A DNA stretch of 64,000 nt. Source: Sporomusaceae bacterium. GTDB lineage: Bacteria > Bacillota > Negativicutes > Sporomusales > UBA7701. The stretch is taken from NCBI GenBank assembly GCA_031460455.1, contig JAVKTQ010000016.1:3429-67428 (forward strand), read 5' to 3'. Under the pieces are notes generated by a model. The model was not told the DNA's origin, did no database searches, and was given only the letters and a program-made list of their open reading frames with translations. Made by a program: the position numbers and the translations under genes. This document shows, in pieces, positions 7,301 through 16,505 of this stretch (position 1 is its first letter; every line of letters starts with the position of its first letter).

Positions 7301-8098
7301 TTAAAAGGCGGCGAGGTCTTCGTCGCGGGGGTCGCACAGAAACATGTGGCCGGGGGCGTGGGTGATCATGATTTCAGGCTTGGCGGTCATGGCCACCGCC
7401 TGGGGGGTGACGCCGCAGGCCCAGAATACGGGCACTTCGCCGTCGCGGATTTCGACGCTGTCGCCGAAGTCGGGACGACCAAGGTCGCGGATGCCGATGA
7501 CGGCGGGATCGCCGATGTGGATGGGGGCGCCGTGGACGGCGGGGAAGCGCGAGGTGACCTGGACGGCTTTGACGACTTTGTCGTGGGGTACCGGCCGCAT
7601 GCTTACGACCATGTTGCCGTGGAATTTGCCGGCCGGGCGGCAGGGGATGCCGGTGATGTACATGGGGACGTTGCAGCAGGCTTCGATGTGGCGGACGGGG
7701 ACATTGGCGGCGAGGAGGGCGGTTTCGAAGGTGAAGCTGCAGCCGAGCAGGAAGGCGACGAGGTCGTCGCGCCAGTACTTCTCTAGATTTACGACTTCGT
7801 CGACCATGACGCCGGCTTTGTAGATGCGGTATTTGGGCGCGTCGTAGCGCAGGTCGGCGCCGGGGGCCATGAGCTTGGGCTCGGGCGAGCCGGGGTCGGT
7901 GACGTCGAGGACGGGACAGGGTTTGGGGTTGCGCTGGGCAAACAGCAGGAAATCGTAGGCGAGGTCTTTGGGGACGATGGCCAGGTTGGCCTGTACGTGC
8001 CCCTTGGCCATGCCGGCGGTCGGCCGGGCGAGCTCGCCCTTGCGCATGAGCTGACGGAGGGCGGCAGGGGTCATTGACGCGAAATCCATTTCATCCAC
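7301..8098 (-). CDS. DUF1445 putative hydro-lyase (YcsI / D-glutamate cyclase-related domain)
   Basis: [51 protein letters not shown] motifs. The start may be ATG 8089. Confidence 0.92.
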   Translation of the reverse strand: MDEMDFASMTPAALRQLMRKGELARPTAGMAKGHVQANLAIVPKDLAYDFLLFAQRNPKPCPVLDVTDPGSPEPKLMAPGADLRYDAPKYRIYKAGVMVDEVVNLEKYWRDDLVAFLLGCSFTFETALLAANVPVRHIEACCNVPMYITGIPCRPAGKFHGNMVVSMRPVPHDKVVKAVQVTSRFPAVHGAPIHIGDPAVIGIRDLGRPDFGDSVEIRDGEVPVFWACGVTPQAVAMTAKPEIMITHAPGHMFLCDPRDEDLAAF

Positions 8099-8116
8099 CT
8101 CGATTCGCGGATTTGT

Positions 8117-9139
8117 TCACAGTCGGGCTTCTCCGTGGAGGACGGTTTCCCTAAGAAGGGTGACGAAGGCAAGGTGGGCGTGAACGCCGCAGCCGTCCGC
8201 GCCGGGGTATACCCCGCCGCCGATGGGGTCGTGGAAGCCGGCGGCGGCGGTTGCCTCAAGCACCTTTTTCTCGCGCACGGCATCAGGGCCGGCGGCGGGC
8301 ACACCGGTACGCAGGCCGAGGAGGGCGGCGAGAGCGTAGCCGCCCCAGTTGGAGATGGCGGCGGCGACGAGGACGTCGACCGCTGTTGCGGGCGCTATGC
8401 CGCCGCCGCAGGGGCACTGGCACTTGGCGCCGTAAGGCACCTGGACCCTTACGGCGGCGGCGATGTTGGCCATGCCGATCTCGTTGCCGCCGTCGCCGAT
8501 GCCGATGGTGGCGATGCCCCGCCGGCCGGCGGCGCGGAAGAGGTAGTCCAGTTTGGCCATGCCGGCGCCGGTGTCTTCGCCGTTCATGTTGTGGACGACG
8601 CCGGCGGCGTTCATGCCGCCGCGCTCGATGGCGATGCAGGCGGCGGGTCTGAGGTCGTCGAGCAGCCGCTCGGCGGCCGACTCAGCCTCGCCGGCGGCGA
8701 CGGGGAAAGGCAGTACGGCGATGGTGAGCAGCTTGTCCCTGGCGACTGAGTGGCCGATCTCTTCAGGGGCGACGCAATGGAAGCCGGCGGCGCGGGCGAC
8801 GATTTTGACGCCCTCCACCAGGCAGGCGTCGGTGACGATGACAGGGGCGGCCTTGACGGCCAGCCGCAGGGCGCGGGCGAGGGCGACCGCTCCTGGCGGT
8901 CCGTCCGATTCGCCGCAGTCGGGGGCAACGACAGGCTGGTCGACCCAGCCGGTGGCGATGACGACGGTGTCGCCCGGCTGTACGCGCTGGAGGAGGAGGT
9001 CGGTGGCCGCCATGGTGAGGGGCTTGCCGGTCTTCTCGCGGGCGGCGCCGTAGAGTTTGGCGATGATGCCCCGCGCCGGGACGTCCAGGCTGATCAGGCG
9101 GTCCAAGGTTTCGGCGATCTGCTGAATTTTCGGATCCAT
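8117..9139 (-). CDS. DUF4392 glutamate-cyclase-domain protein
   Basis: ESDGPPGA, IAIERGG, IGIGDGGNEIGM, SNWGGY motifs. ATG at 9139. Confidence 0.88.
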   Translation of the reverse strand: MDPKIQQIAETLDRLISLDVPARGIIAKLYGAAREKTGKPLTMAATDLLLQRVQPGDTVVIATGWVDQPVVAPDCGESDGPPGAVALARALRLAVKAAPVIVTDACLVEGVKIVARAAGFHCVAPEEIGHSVARDKLLTIAVLPFPVAAGEAESAAERLLDDLRPAACIAIERGGMNAAGVVHNMNGEDTGAGMAKLDYLFRAAGRRGIATIGIGDGGNEIGMANIAAAVRVQVPYGAKCQCPCGGGIAPATAVDVLVAAAISNWGGYALAALLGLRTGVPAAGPDAVREKKVLEATAAAGFHDPIGGGVYPGADGCGVHAHLAFVTLLRETVLHGEARL

Positions 9140-9447
9140 TTCTTTTCCTCTTTTCCCTTCCTGCGGCAAGGCTCGTCCATGTTCGCGCACGAACGACATT
9201 TCCCGGGAAATTTCGCGCACCGCGCACTTCATTTATTCCACAAAAAAAGGCTTGGCCTCAGCCTTGCCTCGAGTGCTCGCGGAGAACCGGGCTGCGGCCC
9301 GCCGGCCCTGCCGGTCGAAACCGGGGATGGCGGGGCGGGTCATATGCTGTCAGGATGCGGCGGTAATATTTATGTGTTTATGATACCAGCCGCCACCGGA
9401 CCTGTCAACGTCCGGGCCGCCGCCTGGCGACCCGGACGGCGGCCCGG

Positions 9448-11292
9448 TCAGAGGACGATGCGGATGTTGTTGTCGCGCAGCCAGGTGTCGATCTGGAGGA
9501 GGTAGGCCATGAGCTGCGGCCCGCCCATGAGTTGGCCGAACCACGGGTGGGGCGAACCGGCGGCGGCCGACTGTGCGAAGGCGCGGACCGAGGCGATGTC
9601 GATAAGCGGCAGCAGGGGCGAGGCGGGGTCGGCGAGGACGGCGAGGAGGCGGTCTTTGACGGCGGCAACGAACGAGGGGTTGTGGGTTTTCGGGTAGGGG
9701 CTCTTGCGGCGCCACAAAACGTCGTCAGGCAACACGCCGTCGAGGGCGTGGCGGAGCAGCCCTTTCTCGCGGTTCTGGTAGTTCTTCATCGCCCAGGGGA
9801 TGTTCCAGGCGTATTCGACCAGCCGGTGGTCGCAGAAGGGCACCCGGAGTTCGAGTCCAAAGGCCATGCTCATGCGGTCTTTGCGGTCGAGGAGGGTGGG
9901 CATCCAGCGGAAGAGGCTGAGATGGAATATTTCCCGCATGCGGGCGTCCTCCGCCGTTTCGCCGGCCAGCCTGGGGACGGCGGCCAGCGCCTCGCCGTAG
10001 CGCTGGCGGGGGTAGTCGCGCAGGAGGGCGTCGTCTCTGAGCACGGGGGCCAGCAGTTCGAGGCGCTGTTCGGGCCGGGGCGACCAGGGGAAGTTGTCGG
10101 CGGCGAGCATTTCCGGGCGATAGAACCAGGGGTAACCGCCGAATATTTCGTCGGCGCATTCGCCCGACAGGCCGACGGTCGCTTCTTTTTTGACCTCGCG
10201 GCTGAAGAGGTACAGGGAGGTGTCGATGTCGGCCATTCCGGGGAGATCGCGGGCGCGGGCGGCTTCAGCGAGGGCGTCGGCGAGCTCGGGGGTGTCGAGG
10301 AGGATTTCGCGGTGACGGGTGGCGAAGTGCTCGGCGACCCGCTGCACCCAGGGGGCGTCGCGGTTGGGCTGGAAGGAGTGCGCGGCGAAGAAGCGGTCGT
10401 TGTCGATGTATTCGACGGAGAAGGTGTCGAGACTGCGGCCTTCCTCGCGGTAGGCCGCGGCGGCGACGGCGGTGATGGCGCTGGAATCAAGGCCGCCTGA
10501 TAGCAGTGTGCACAGGGGAACGTCGGAGACAAGCTGGCGTTTTACGGCATCAAGGAAGAGCGCTTTCACCATGGCGACGGTGGTGGGGAAATCCTGCTCG
10601 TGCGGCTGACTGGCAAGCGACCAGTAGCGGGTTTTCGCCAGTCCCCGCCGCTCGAACACGGCCGCGCAGCCGGGCTCGAGCTCGGCGATGCCGCGGAAGA
10701 TGCCGTGTCCGGGGGTACGCGCCGGGCCGAGCATGAGGATTTCCGCCAGGCCCTCGCGGTCGATTTCCGGCGCGATGTCAGGGTGGGCGAGCAGGGCTTT
10801 GAGCTCGGAGGCGAACAGCAGGCCGTTGCCGCTGCGGGCGTAGAAGAGCGGCTTTACGCCCAGGCGGTCGCGGGCGAGAAAGAGGCGCTGGCGGGCGACG
10901 TCCCAGATGCCGAAGGCGAAGATGCCGTTGAGCCTGGAGGCGCAGCCGGCCCCCCATTCGATGTAGGCTTTGAGGAGCACTTCGGTGTCGGAGGTGGTGG
11001 TGAAGGCATGGCCGCGGGCCATGAGGTCCCAGCGCAGGTCGGCGGTGTTGTATAGCTCGCCGTTGTAGGTTATGACGTATTCTTGCCCGCCGCGGCGGCG
11101 GAGCATGGGCTGCTTGCCGCCCGCCGGGTCGACGACGCTGAGCCGCCGGTGCCCCAGGGCGGCGTGCCGCGACGCGTAGAAGCCCTGAGCGTCCGGTCCG
11201 CGCCGGGCCAGGGTTGCGGTCATGGCGGCCATGACGGCCCCTTCGCGGGTGAGATCCCTGTCCCAGTCGACCCATCCGGTGATACCGCACAT
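9448..11292 (-). CDS. asnB: Asparagine synthase (glutamine-hydrolysing), AsnO-like
   Basis: N-terminal MCGITG Ntn Cys, RRLSVVD, NGELYN, LSGGLDSS, LSGECADE, DRMSMA...ELRVPF. Confidence 0.96.
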   Translation of the reverse strand: MCGITGWVDWDRDLTREGAVMAAMTATLARRGPDAQGFYASRHAALGHRRLSVVDPAGGKQPMLRRRGGQEYVITYNGELYNTADLRWDLMARGHAFTTTSDTEVLLKAYIEWGAGCASRLNGIFAFGIWDVARQRLFLARDRLGVKPLFYARSGNGLLFASELKALLAHPDIAPEIDREGLAEILMLGPARTPGHGIFRGIAELEPGCAAVFERRGLAKTRYWSLASQPHEQDFPTTVAMVKALFLDAVKRQLVSDVPLCTLLSGGLDSSAITAVAAAAYREEGRSLDTFSVEYIDNDRFFAAHSFQPNRDAPWVQRVAEHFATRHREILLDTPELADALAEAARARDLPGMADIDTSLYLFSREVKKEATVGLSGECADEIFGGYPWFYRPEMLAADNFPWSPRPEQRLELLAPVLRDDALLRDYPRQRYGEALAAVPRLAGETAEDARMREIFHLSLFRWMPTLLDRKDRMSMAFGLELRVPFCDHRLVEYAWNIPWAMKNYQNREKGLLRHALDGVLPDDVLWRRKSPYPKTHNPSFVAAVKDRLLAVLADPASPLLPLIDIASVRAFAQSAAAGSPHPWFGQLMGGPQLMAYLLQIDTWLRDNNIRIVL

Positions 11293-11436
11293 CTTTACCC
11301 TCTCCTTATCAGCCGGGGAAACGAACGGCGCCTACCAGCGCCGACGAGCGGCCCGGTAGGCGTCTTTGCCCCGTGGTTACGGGTTATGATATGCGGCGGC
11401 TGCTTATTTTGCCACCCCGGCCGCCTGGCGTTTGGG

Positions 11437-11862
11437 TCAGCGTTTGTTGCCCTTGTTTTTCTTGTTGGTGTTTGCCGCTACTACCGGCATCTCGTCGAGA
11501 TCTTCTTCTTCCTCCAGCAGGCTGGGAGCCTGAGCGGTAGTGTCGGCGACATCGTGGCTGTGGCCGTCGTCGTAGCTCGTCTCGCCTTCGTAGGGGTGCA
11601 CATGTCCGCCGTCCATCGTTTCGACGGCCGGTCCGGTCATGACGTCGAACCAGTGCCAGTGGCCGTCGTAGAACGAGGTTCTGACCCGCATGCGGTGGAT
11701 GTGGGATGTACCTGCGCATCTGGCCGGCCCGGTGACGCCCTGGACGATGTGCTGATGGTCGTTGGCAACCAGCGTCAATGTATTGAAAACATGGACATGA
11801 ACCATATGACGGTCTTCACGGTCTTCGCCGGGGGGGCGGCGGAGCGCTTCGCTGTCGGTCAT
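11437..11862 (-). CDS. ymaF: YmaF-family His-rich protein
   Basis: HVHVF...DHQH...TG...HIH...TSFYDGHWH...GHVH...DGHSH repeats typical of YmaF; GGAGG RBS. Confidence 0.8.
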   Translation of the reverse strand: MTDSEALRRPPGEDREDRHMVHVHVFNTLTLVANDHQHIVQGVTGPARCAGTSHIHRMRVRTSFYDGHWHWFDVMTGPAVETMDGGHVHPYEGETSYDDGHSHDVADTTAQAPSLLEEEEDLDEMPVVAANTNKKNKGNKR

Positions 11863-12010
11863 ATTCCTACCTCCCTTCTCGTTATGTAGTATTATATGCG
11901 CCAGGCCTTACGCCGGCGACAAGGAAAAGACGGTCGGTCCGCCTATTGGTATTCTGAAAACGGCGTGGTACAATAATTTGGAAAAGAAAATTATGTCAGG
12001 AGCGTGTTGT

Positions 12011-12433
12011 ATGGCGTATCGGATTCAGGAAAACTGCCAGGGGATCGATTGGGATGTCGTATATGAGATAATGACCGTCTCCAGGATGGCTTCGCGTCCG
12101 CTGGAGCAGGTACGGCTGGCGTTCGAGAACAGCTACCGGGTGGTGTTCGTGTTCGAAGGCGATCAGATGATCGGCATCGGGCGGGCGATTTCGGACGGAG
12201 CTTACGAGGCGGCGCTTTACGATGTCGCCGTGCGCCCCGAATACCGGGGCAAAGGGATCGGCAAGCTGATCGTGACGACAATCCAGGAAGGGGTTCCAGG
12301 CATGGATATGATCTTTTTCGCCATGCCGGGAGTGGAGAATTTTTACCGGTCGATGGGCTATGTGAAAATGCTGACCGGCATGGCCAAGTTTGTCCGCGCG
12401 GAGGCCATGCGGGAAAAGGGCTTCACCGACTGA
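12011..12433 (+). CDS. GNAT family N-acetyltransferase
   Basis: DVAVRPEYRGKGIGK acetyl-CoA motif; AGGAG RBS before ATG 12011. Confidence 0.92.
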   Translation: MAYRIQENCQGIDWDVVYEIMTVSRMASRPLEQVRLAFENSYRVVFVFEGDQMIGIGRAISDGAYEAALYDVAVRPEYRGKGIGKLIVTTIQEGVPGMDMIFFAMPGVENFYRSMGYVKMLTGMAKFVRAEAMREKGFTD

Positions 12434-12462
12434 AGCCAACCCTTGTACATTATTAAGACAGC

Positions 12463-12499
12463 AAAGGGACACCCGCAGCTTTTGGCGGGTGTCCCTTTT
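12463..12499. terminator. Bidirectional terminator between the GNAT and lipoprotein genes
   Basis: AAAGGGACACCCGC...GCGGGTGTCCCTTT. Confidence 0.8.
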
Positions 12500-12515
12500 A
12501 GAACGGGTCTGATGG

Positions 12516-12989
12516 TTATATCTTACTGATCAGTTGCTGCAGGAGCTTGTATTTGGCGTCCTGATAGATCTTGTCGAGGTCGACGATGTACCACTCGCCG
12601 TTGATTTTTTCCAGGCCGACCGGTCGGACGACCATGTTGAGGGAGTTTTGCTCGGTCTGCAGGGTTGCTACGACGACGGCGTAATCGCCTTGTTCGGCCG
12701 CTTTGCGCAGCGACAGGAGGTTGGCGTTTTTGAGGTCCGCCAGCCCGGATTTGCCGGTGAGGTACTTGATGACTACCCGCGGGTCGTTGGCTGTGCTCGG
12801 GGATACATAGAGCGCGGCGTCGTTCAGGCGGTCGCCTTTGGCGGCCTCGAAGAAGGTTTTGACAACCCCGTCGGCGGATAAGCCTGTAATGCGCTGGGCT
12901 CCGCCCCCGCCGCCGCCGCAACCGGCCGCGAGCAGCACCACCATCAGCAGGGTGAATACCGCCGTAAGTTTCAACATGCTTTTCTTCAT
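12516..12989 (-). CDS. Lipoprotein, DUF4878/NTF2-like
   Basis: Lipobox LAAGC, Gly linker, V..FF.A...D and LEKINGEWYIV tail. Confidence 0.8.
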   Translation of the reverse strand: MKKSMLKLTAVFTLLMVVLLAAGCGGGGGGAQRITGLSADGVVKTFFEAAKGDRLNDAALYVSPSTANDPRVVIKYLTGKSGLADLKNANLLSLRKAAEQGDYAVVVATLQTEQNSLNMVVRPVGLEKINGEWYIVDLDKIYQDAKYKLLQQLISKI

Positions 12990-13151
12990 CTAAAGCTCAT
13001 CCTTTCCCATGTACCATTATGGACACATGTTATGTCTATTATAGCACCGACTGACTGATTAGTCACTCTTCCGTTTATGCCACTATTTTCCTGATATGAG
13101 CGGTGCAGGCGCAGGTTACACTAGCCAAAAGCAGGCGAAGGAGGCCGAAAT

Positions 13152-13382
13152 ATGTTTGAGGAACAAGATCCCAACCACCATAGCGATTCGCAGGCGATGG
13201 GCAAGGAGGCGGGGCTGAATTATACCGTGAATAGCGCGGCGCCGTCGCTCAGAAGCGGCAATATGCGGACGGTGAATTATCTCGTTCACCGGATGCTGTG
13301 GGAGCAGCAGGAGAAGATCGATCTTGACGACCTGGAGATGCGGACCGAGGGGATTATGTCGGTGGAGGACAGACCGCACTAG
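13152..13382 (+). CDS. Small hypothetical protein (76 aa)
   Basis: AAGGAGG RBS, non-shadow acidic composition, GC hairpin downstream. Confidence 0.65.
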   Translation: MFEEQDPNHHSDSQAMGKEAGLNYTVNSAAPSLRSGNMRTVNYLVHRMLWEQQEKIDLDDLEMRTEGIMSVEDRPH

Positions 13383-13505
13383 GCGGCATTTAGCCCCCCT
13401 CCGCCTCGGCAGGCGTCGGGGGGCTTGTGATCTTCGTCACAGCGCGGGCGGCGCAGACGGTATTATAATTATGGCAGGAGAATATTTTACCAGGAGGCCA
13501 TAATC

Positions 13506-13844
13506 ATGAGCAGAAAGTTTATCAAGAATATCGATTTCGGCAAGGCGCTCGATCTCGCGGGACTGGTGGATTACCAGCCGGGACGGGTGGTGAGCCTGAC
13601 GCTGGTCCAGAACGAGGCGCTGAGCATGACGCTGTTTGCATTTGCAAAGGATGAAGGGGTAAGCACTCACTCGGCGCCAGGGGACGCGATGGTTTATATC
13701 ATCGACGGCCAGGCAGAGATCACGATCGGCGGGGAGAAGCTCGCCGCCGTCGCCGGACAGACGGTGGTGATGCCAGCCGATATCCCCCACGGGCTGGAGG
13801 CCACGGAGAATTTCAAGATGCTGCTGATTCTTGTCAAACAGTAG
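13506..13844 (+). CDS. Cupin-domain protein
   Basis: GVSTHSAPGDA...G and MPADIPHGLEA cupin motifs; AGGAGG RBS. Confidence 0.92.
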   Translation: MSRKFIKNIDFGKALDLAGLVDYQPGRVVSLTLVQNEALSMTLFAFAKDEGVSTHSAPGDAMVYIIDGQAEITIGGEKLAAVAGQTVVMPADIPHGLEATENFKMLLILVKQ

Positions 13845-13979
13845 CCGGGCGCAGGTAGGCAGGCGCGCGCTGGCAAGGCTCCGGATAAAATTCGCAACAT
13901 TCTGCCTTCCATCCGGGAGGAATTCCTGAGCGGTTTCTAAAATAGTATATAATAGGTTAACGAAAAGGGGGTTGCGTCG

Positions 13980-14054
13980 ATGGTCTGGATGTTGCTCCGT
14001 CCGGTTACCCATTGTAAGGAAGGCTGCCATAGATTGTCCCGGGCAGGACGGTAA
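13980..14054 (+). CDS. Candidate 24-aa small protein MVWMLLRPVTHCKEGCHRLSRAGR (or sRNA)
   Basis: TATAAT at 13948-53, AAGGGGG RBS at 13965-71, ATG 13980, TAA 14052-54, terminator 14062-93. Confidence 0.45.
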   Translation: MVWMLLRPVTHCKEGCHRLSRAGR

Positions 14055-14061
14055 AAGGCCC

Positions 14062-14093
14062 AAAAAGGGCGCTCGTATGAGCGCCCTTTTTTT
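14062..14093. terminator. Bidirectional intrinsic terminator
   Basis: AAAAAGGGCGCTC-GTAT-GAGCGCCCTTTTTTT. Confidence 0.88.
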
Positions 14094-14106
14094 ATTTGCG
14101 GCTGTT

Positions 14107-14260
14107 AGAGCCGTTCTTTCAACGCGCAGCGCTCGAACGTACGCTAGCAAGCGCCCGCAACGCCAAGAGCGCAAGTTCTTGGTGCTTTAGTGCCTAGAAC
14201 TGCGGCCTACCCCTTGCGGGTGCAACGCAAATGGGGTGCTATCAACGGCCCCCATTGTAT
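14107..14260. repeat. Structured dispersed repeat, copy 3 (left arm truncated, nested 58-nt insert)
   Basis: GAGCCGTT...CGAACGTACGCTAGCAAGCG...GCAACGC[58 nt]GCAACGCAAATGGGG...ATCAACGGCCCCCATTGTAT. Confidence 0.75.
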
Positions 14261-15186
14261 CAGGATTCAATTCCCTTGCGTTTTTTGGACCCATACATCG
14301 CCTTATCCGCCACCTGCAGCAGTTCCTCGCTGTCTTGTCCGTCGCGGGGGAAGAGGGCGAGGCCGACGCTGGCGCTGACGGAGAATTCGCGGTCTTCGAG
14401 CCGCATCGGCTGCTGGACGGCTTCCATCAGTTTGCGCAGAACGGTGAAAACGTCGCGCTCGTCGCCGATGCCGGGCAGGAGAACGGTGAATTCGTCGCCG
14501 CCGAGCCGGGCGACGATGTCGCTGCCGCGCACCGCGCCCACCAGCCGTTCGGCGATGAGCCGCAGGGCCTGGTCGCCGATGTAGTGGCCGAGGGTGTCGT
14601 TGATGATTTTGAAGCGGTCGAGGTCGAGGAAGATCACAGCCAGCATGTCTTTGTTGACCCGTGCCTGGGCGAGGGCGACGGCGAGCTTGTCCCGCAGCAT
14701 AACTCTGTTGGGCAGGCCGGTGAGGGGGTCGTGGTAGGCAAGGTGCTTTATCGTCTGCTCGTACCGTTTGCGTTCTGTTATGTCGACGATCTGGGCGATG
14801 AAGTACCGCGGCCGCCGCCTGGCGTCGCGGACGAGGGAAACGTGGATGGTGACGTTGATTATTTCGCCGTCCCTGCGCTGGTAACGCTTTTCCATGACAA
14901 AGCGCGGTTTTTTGCCGTGCAGCAGTTCGCCCACCATGAACATGTCTTTGGTGAGATCTTCGGGGTGGGTGATGCTGGCGAAATCCATCGCCGCCAGTTG
15001 GTCGACCGAATAGCCCAGGATGTCGGCCATTGCCTGATTGACCCTCATGAAACGGCCTTTCAGGTCGGCGATGACCATGCCGATGGGGGCGTTTTCGAAC
15101 ACCAGCCGGAACCGTTCCTCGCTCTCCCGCAGAGCAGCCGCCTGCGTACTGGGGCGGTCCTCACAGTACGGGATCTGAACTTTCAT
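14260..15186 (-). CDS. PAS-GGDEF diguanylate cyclase
   Basis: PAS/PAC (FENAPIGM, THPED, EKRY), HDPLTGLPNR, RLGGDEF, I-site RGSD. Start uncertain (15186-15228). Confidence 0.95.
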   Translation of the reverse strand: MKVQIPYCEDRPSTQAAALRESEERFRLVFENAPIGMVIADLKGRFMRVNQAMADILGYSVDQLAAMDFASITHPEDLTKDMFMVGELLHGKKPRFVMEKRYQRRDGEIINVTIHVSLVRDARRRPRYFIAQIVDITERKRYEQTIKHLAYHDPLTGLPNRVMLRDKLAVALAQARVNKDMLAVIFLDLDRFKIINDTLGHYIGDQALRLIAERLVGAVRGSDIVARLGGDEFTVLLPGIGDERDVFTVLRKLMEAVQQPMRLEDREFSVSASVGLALFPRDGQDSEELLQVADKAMYGSKKRKGIES

Positions 15187-15332
15187 ACAGCCAACACTAC
15201 ACTTTCTCCATAATTTTACAATTCGCACATCCTCTATTCGCCAATTTTTGTAAATTCCCTGCTGGCATGAACTAACTTTCTACAAAATAACGATTATAAA
15301 TAACTGAACCCGGGCAAGCCCGGGTTTTGGCG

Positions 15333-15887
15333 TCAGGGTGACAGGATTTTTTTGAGGGCGACGACGGCGGCGGCGGCCATGAGCGCGTAACCGTCCTCGT
15401 TGGGGTGGACGCCGTCGGTGTGCAGGCCGTTCCGCAGACCGCCGGAAACCGCATCGACAAGGGCGGCGTGGAAGTCGAGCACCGGCAGGGCGTTTTCGGC
15501 CGCAAAGATTCTCAGGAAGCGACGGTATTCGGCCAGCAGGGTTTCTTCCCGGTAGTCCACCGGCGGCGGCAGGCCGATGATCGGTTTGATGCCGGCCGTT
15601 CGGGCCGCGGCCGCCATGGCGGCGATGTTATCGGCAACTTCGGCCGCCGCCAGGCCCAGAAAGGCGTCGTTGGAACCGCCGCTGACGATTGCGCAGTCCG
15701 GTCCGAGGGCGGCGACGTCGACGGCGAACCGCCGGCGCATATCCCCGGTCGTCTCGCCGCATATCCCTTTGTTGACTATCCGTACCCCGAGGCGTTCGCC
15801 GGCGATCCTCACCCAAGAGTATTCGGGCGGGTATGGGTAGCCATAGGTCAGTGAATCGCCGACGGCGACGATTGTCGTTGTGCCCAT
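15333..15887 (-). CDS. SGNH/GDSL lipase-acylhydrolase
   Basis: GDSLT, NKGICG, GGSND, DGVHPN blocks. Confidence 0.95.
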   Translation of the reverse strand: MGTTTIVAVGDSLTYGYPYPPEYSWVRIAGERLGVRIVNKGICGETTGDMRRRFAVDVAALGPDCAIVSGGSNDAFLGLAAAEVADNIAAMAAAARTAGIKPIIGLPPPVDYREETLLAEYRRFLRIFAAENALPVLDFHAALVDAVSGGLRNGLHTDGVHPNEDGYALMAAAAVVALKKILSP

Positions 15888-15889
15888 AC

Positions 15890-16300
15890 TCAGCCCAGGC
15901 GACGGCGGAACCGCAGGCTGAACCACGCCTGACCCTTGCCGGACCGTTCCCAGCCGGCGGCGGTAAGCGCGGCCGTCAGTTCCTCCACCGCTTTGACGTG
16001 GCGCTTGTTTTGCTTGTTCGCCTGGTAGTAGTCGCTCAAACCGGCCTTTACCTGGGCCGATTCGCGGACGGTGTCCCCGCCCTCAGGCCCCCCGGTCTGA
16101 GCCTTGAACTGGATATAGTCGCTGGGAAAGAGGGGGCTCCACTTCTCCCCCGCCGCCGCCGCAACGATTTCGCACGTCTCCCAGCGCTCCCCGACCGGCG
16201 CCGGGGCCGTCTCCTGCGGGGCTGCCTGGGGGGCGCCGCAATTGGCGCAGAAATTGGCGCCGTCCGGCAGTTCGGCGCCGCAGCTCGGGCATATTCTCAT
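15890..16300 (-). CDS. Zinc-ribbon domain protein
   Basis: CPSCG...FCANCG; GGAGG RBS before ATG 16300. Confidence 0.85.
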   Translation of the reverse strand: MRICPSCGAELPDGANFCANCGAPQAAPQETAPAPVGERWETCEIVAAAAGEKWSPLFPSDYIQFKAQTGGPEGGDTVRESAQVKAGLSDYYQANKQNKRHVKAVEELTAALTAAGWERSGKGQAWFSLRFRRRLG

Positions 16301-16505
16301 CGCCTTGTCCTCCTGCTTGTCGGTCGCTCCCTTATTATTGCGTTTGTCCTCTTCCAACATTCCATGCCGGAGCGGCAAATCCTGCCACGGCGGGAAAACA
16401 CCCCTCCTAACGGGGACTTGCCGACAGGCTCGCAACCGGTGGCGTTATCGGCAGGCGGCGAATAACATAAAGCAGGCGGCAATATTATGGAAAGGGGGAA
16501 GATAA

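Noticed and set aside
9163-9180. Possible sigma54 promoter TGGACGAGCCTTGC before DUF4392
   Set aside because: Spacing is GG-N9-GC rather than the obligatory N10.
14236-15213. Long antisense ORFs, for example 14236..15213, 18545..20251, 23613..25520, 47281..49113, 56758..58695
   Set aside because: Antisense shadows of well-supported genes, as expected at high GC; they have no RBS or family motifs.
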